Shown here piece by piece: positions 63,550 through 64,000 of a stretch of DNA of 64,000 bases. Each line of letters opens with the position of its first letter. Positions within the stretch are counted from its first letter, which is position 1. Origin of the DNA: Wickerhamiella versatilis (taxonomy: Eukaryota); contig JAQOWU010000007.1 in the NCBI GenBank assembly GCA_030867685.1, forward strand, positions 1,240,001 to 1,304,000, written 5' to 3'. A model generated the notes under the pieces. It was given only the letters and a program-made list of their open reading frames with translations. It was not told the DNA's origin and did not search any database. Made by a program: the position numbers and the translations under genes.

Positions 63550-64000
63550 ATGTCGTCCCCACCCGTCCAGGAACTCTGGCTTGAGGATGGTGTTCCTATC
63601 ACTGGACCTGGTGAGGTGCTGGTTTTGCCAGACCCCAGAAAACCGTATATTTTACGATTGCATATTGCTGCTACGTCTAAAGTCCTGAACAAAGGAACTC
63701 TTCACACTAACTTACCTCCAAAAAACACCCCATTCGATCGCTCACGGTTCTACAAGCATGACATTGGCTCTCAGGGCATTTACAATGATGCAATTATAGA
63801 CCTGGACCTGTGGCAGGGAGGTTGCTATTCAGTCTACTTAACGTATACCGCAGTTGAGGGGGATTACGGCTCAGAAAAAGCATCTGAGGCCAAGTCATCG
63901 CTCTGGTCATTTGTAGTTGAGACGAGCTTCGGTGATAATCTGGTGAGCAACGGACTGTGCGTACAAACTGTGCTTTCGAAGCTGATGAAAGGCACTGCGA
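63550..64000 (+). CDS. GDB1: Glycogen debranching enzyme, N-terminal part (3'-truncated; not in ORF track)
   Basis: Manual translation MSSPPVQELWLEDG...GTLHTNLPPKNTPFDRSRF...GCYSVYLTY...LCVQTVLSKLM, open to the window end. Confidence 0.85.
   Translation, partial: MSSPPVQELWLEDGVPITGPGEVLVLPDPRKPYILRLHIAATSKVLNKGTLHTNLPPKNTPFDRSRFYKHDIGSQGIYNDAIIDLDLWQGGCYSVYLTYTAVEGDYGSEKASEAKSSLWSFVVETSFGDNLVSNGLCVQTVLSKLMKGTA

Overview
Very compact, apparently intronless budding-yeast (Saccharomycotina) chromosomal segment with about 47 protein-coding genes in 64 kb. It uses the standard code (conserved Leu in ARG4 'MDLYN' is CTG). Gene density and content suggest an early-branching lineage such as Trichomonascaceae/Wickerhamiella-Starmerella, which is an inference. 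Most genes are housekeeping: RTG2, hexokinase, RPN7, COQ10, MVP1, OCRL-like 5-phosphatase, ALG8, CYT1, PFS2, two tandem MNN2-family genes, MRI1, LIA1, RPA12, RSA4, IMG2, ARP3, RPL40, RCO1, ARG4, SFU1/SreA, ELA1, BRN1, TRS33, OCA1, GUD1, CUL3, IME4, STE14, POB3, COG5, HPM1, TPI1, VTC1 and YAP1. Two features are absent from the ORF track: a ~132-nt minimal U1 snRNA at 46679-46810 and the 5' part of GDB1 at the right edge. The main candidates for novelty are: (1) a tail-anchored protein combining Atg32-like Atg8/Atg11-binding motifs with an intact septin-like GTPase P-loop, possibly an ancestral GTPase-containing mitophagy receptor; (2) the miniaturised U1 with a variant U1-70K loop; (3) a bacterial-looking Sel1-repeat gene; (4) an HsbA-like secreted protein with a CCGCCCC tail; (5) extreme gene packing, with 22 bp between the COG5 and HPM1 start codons and 34 bp between the IME4 stop and the CUL3 start. 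All homology calls are from motif recognition by eye; no searches were run.
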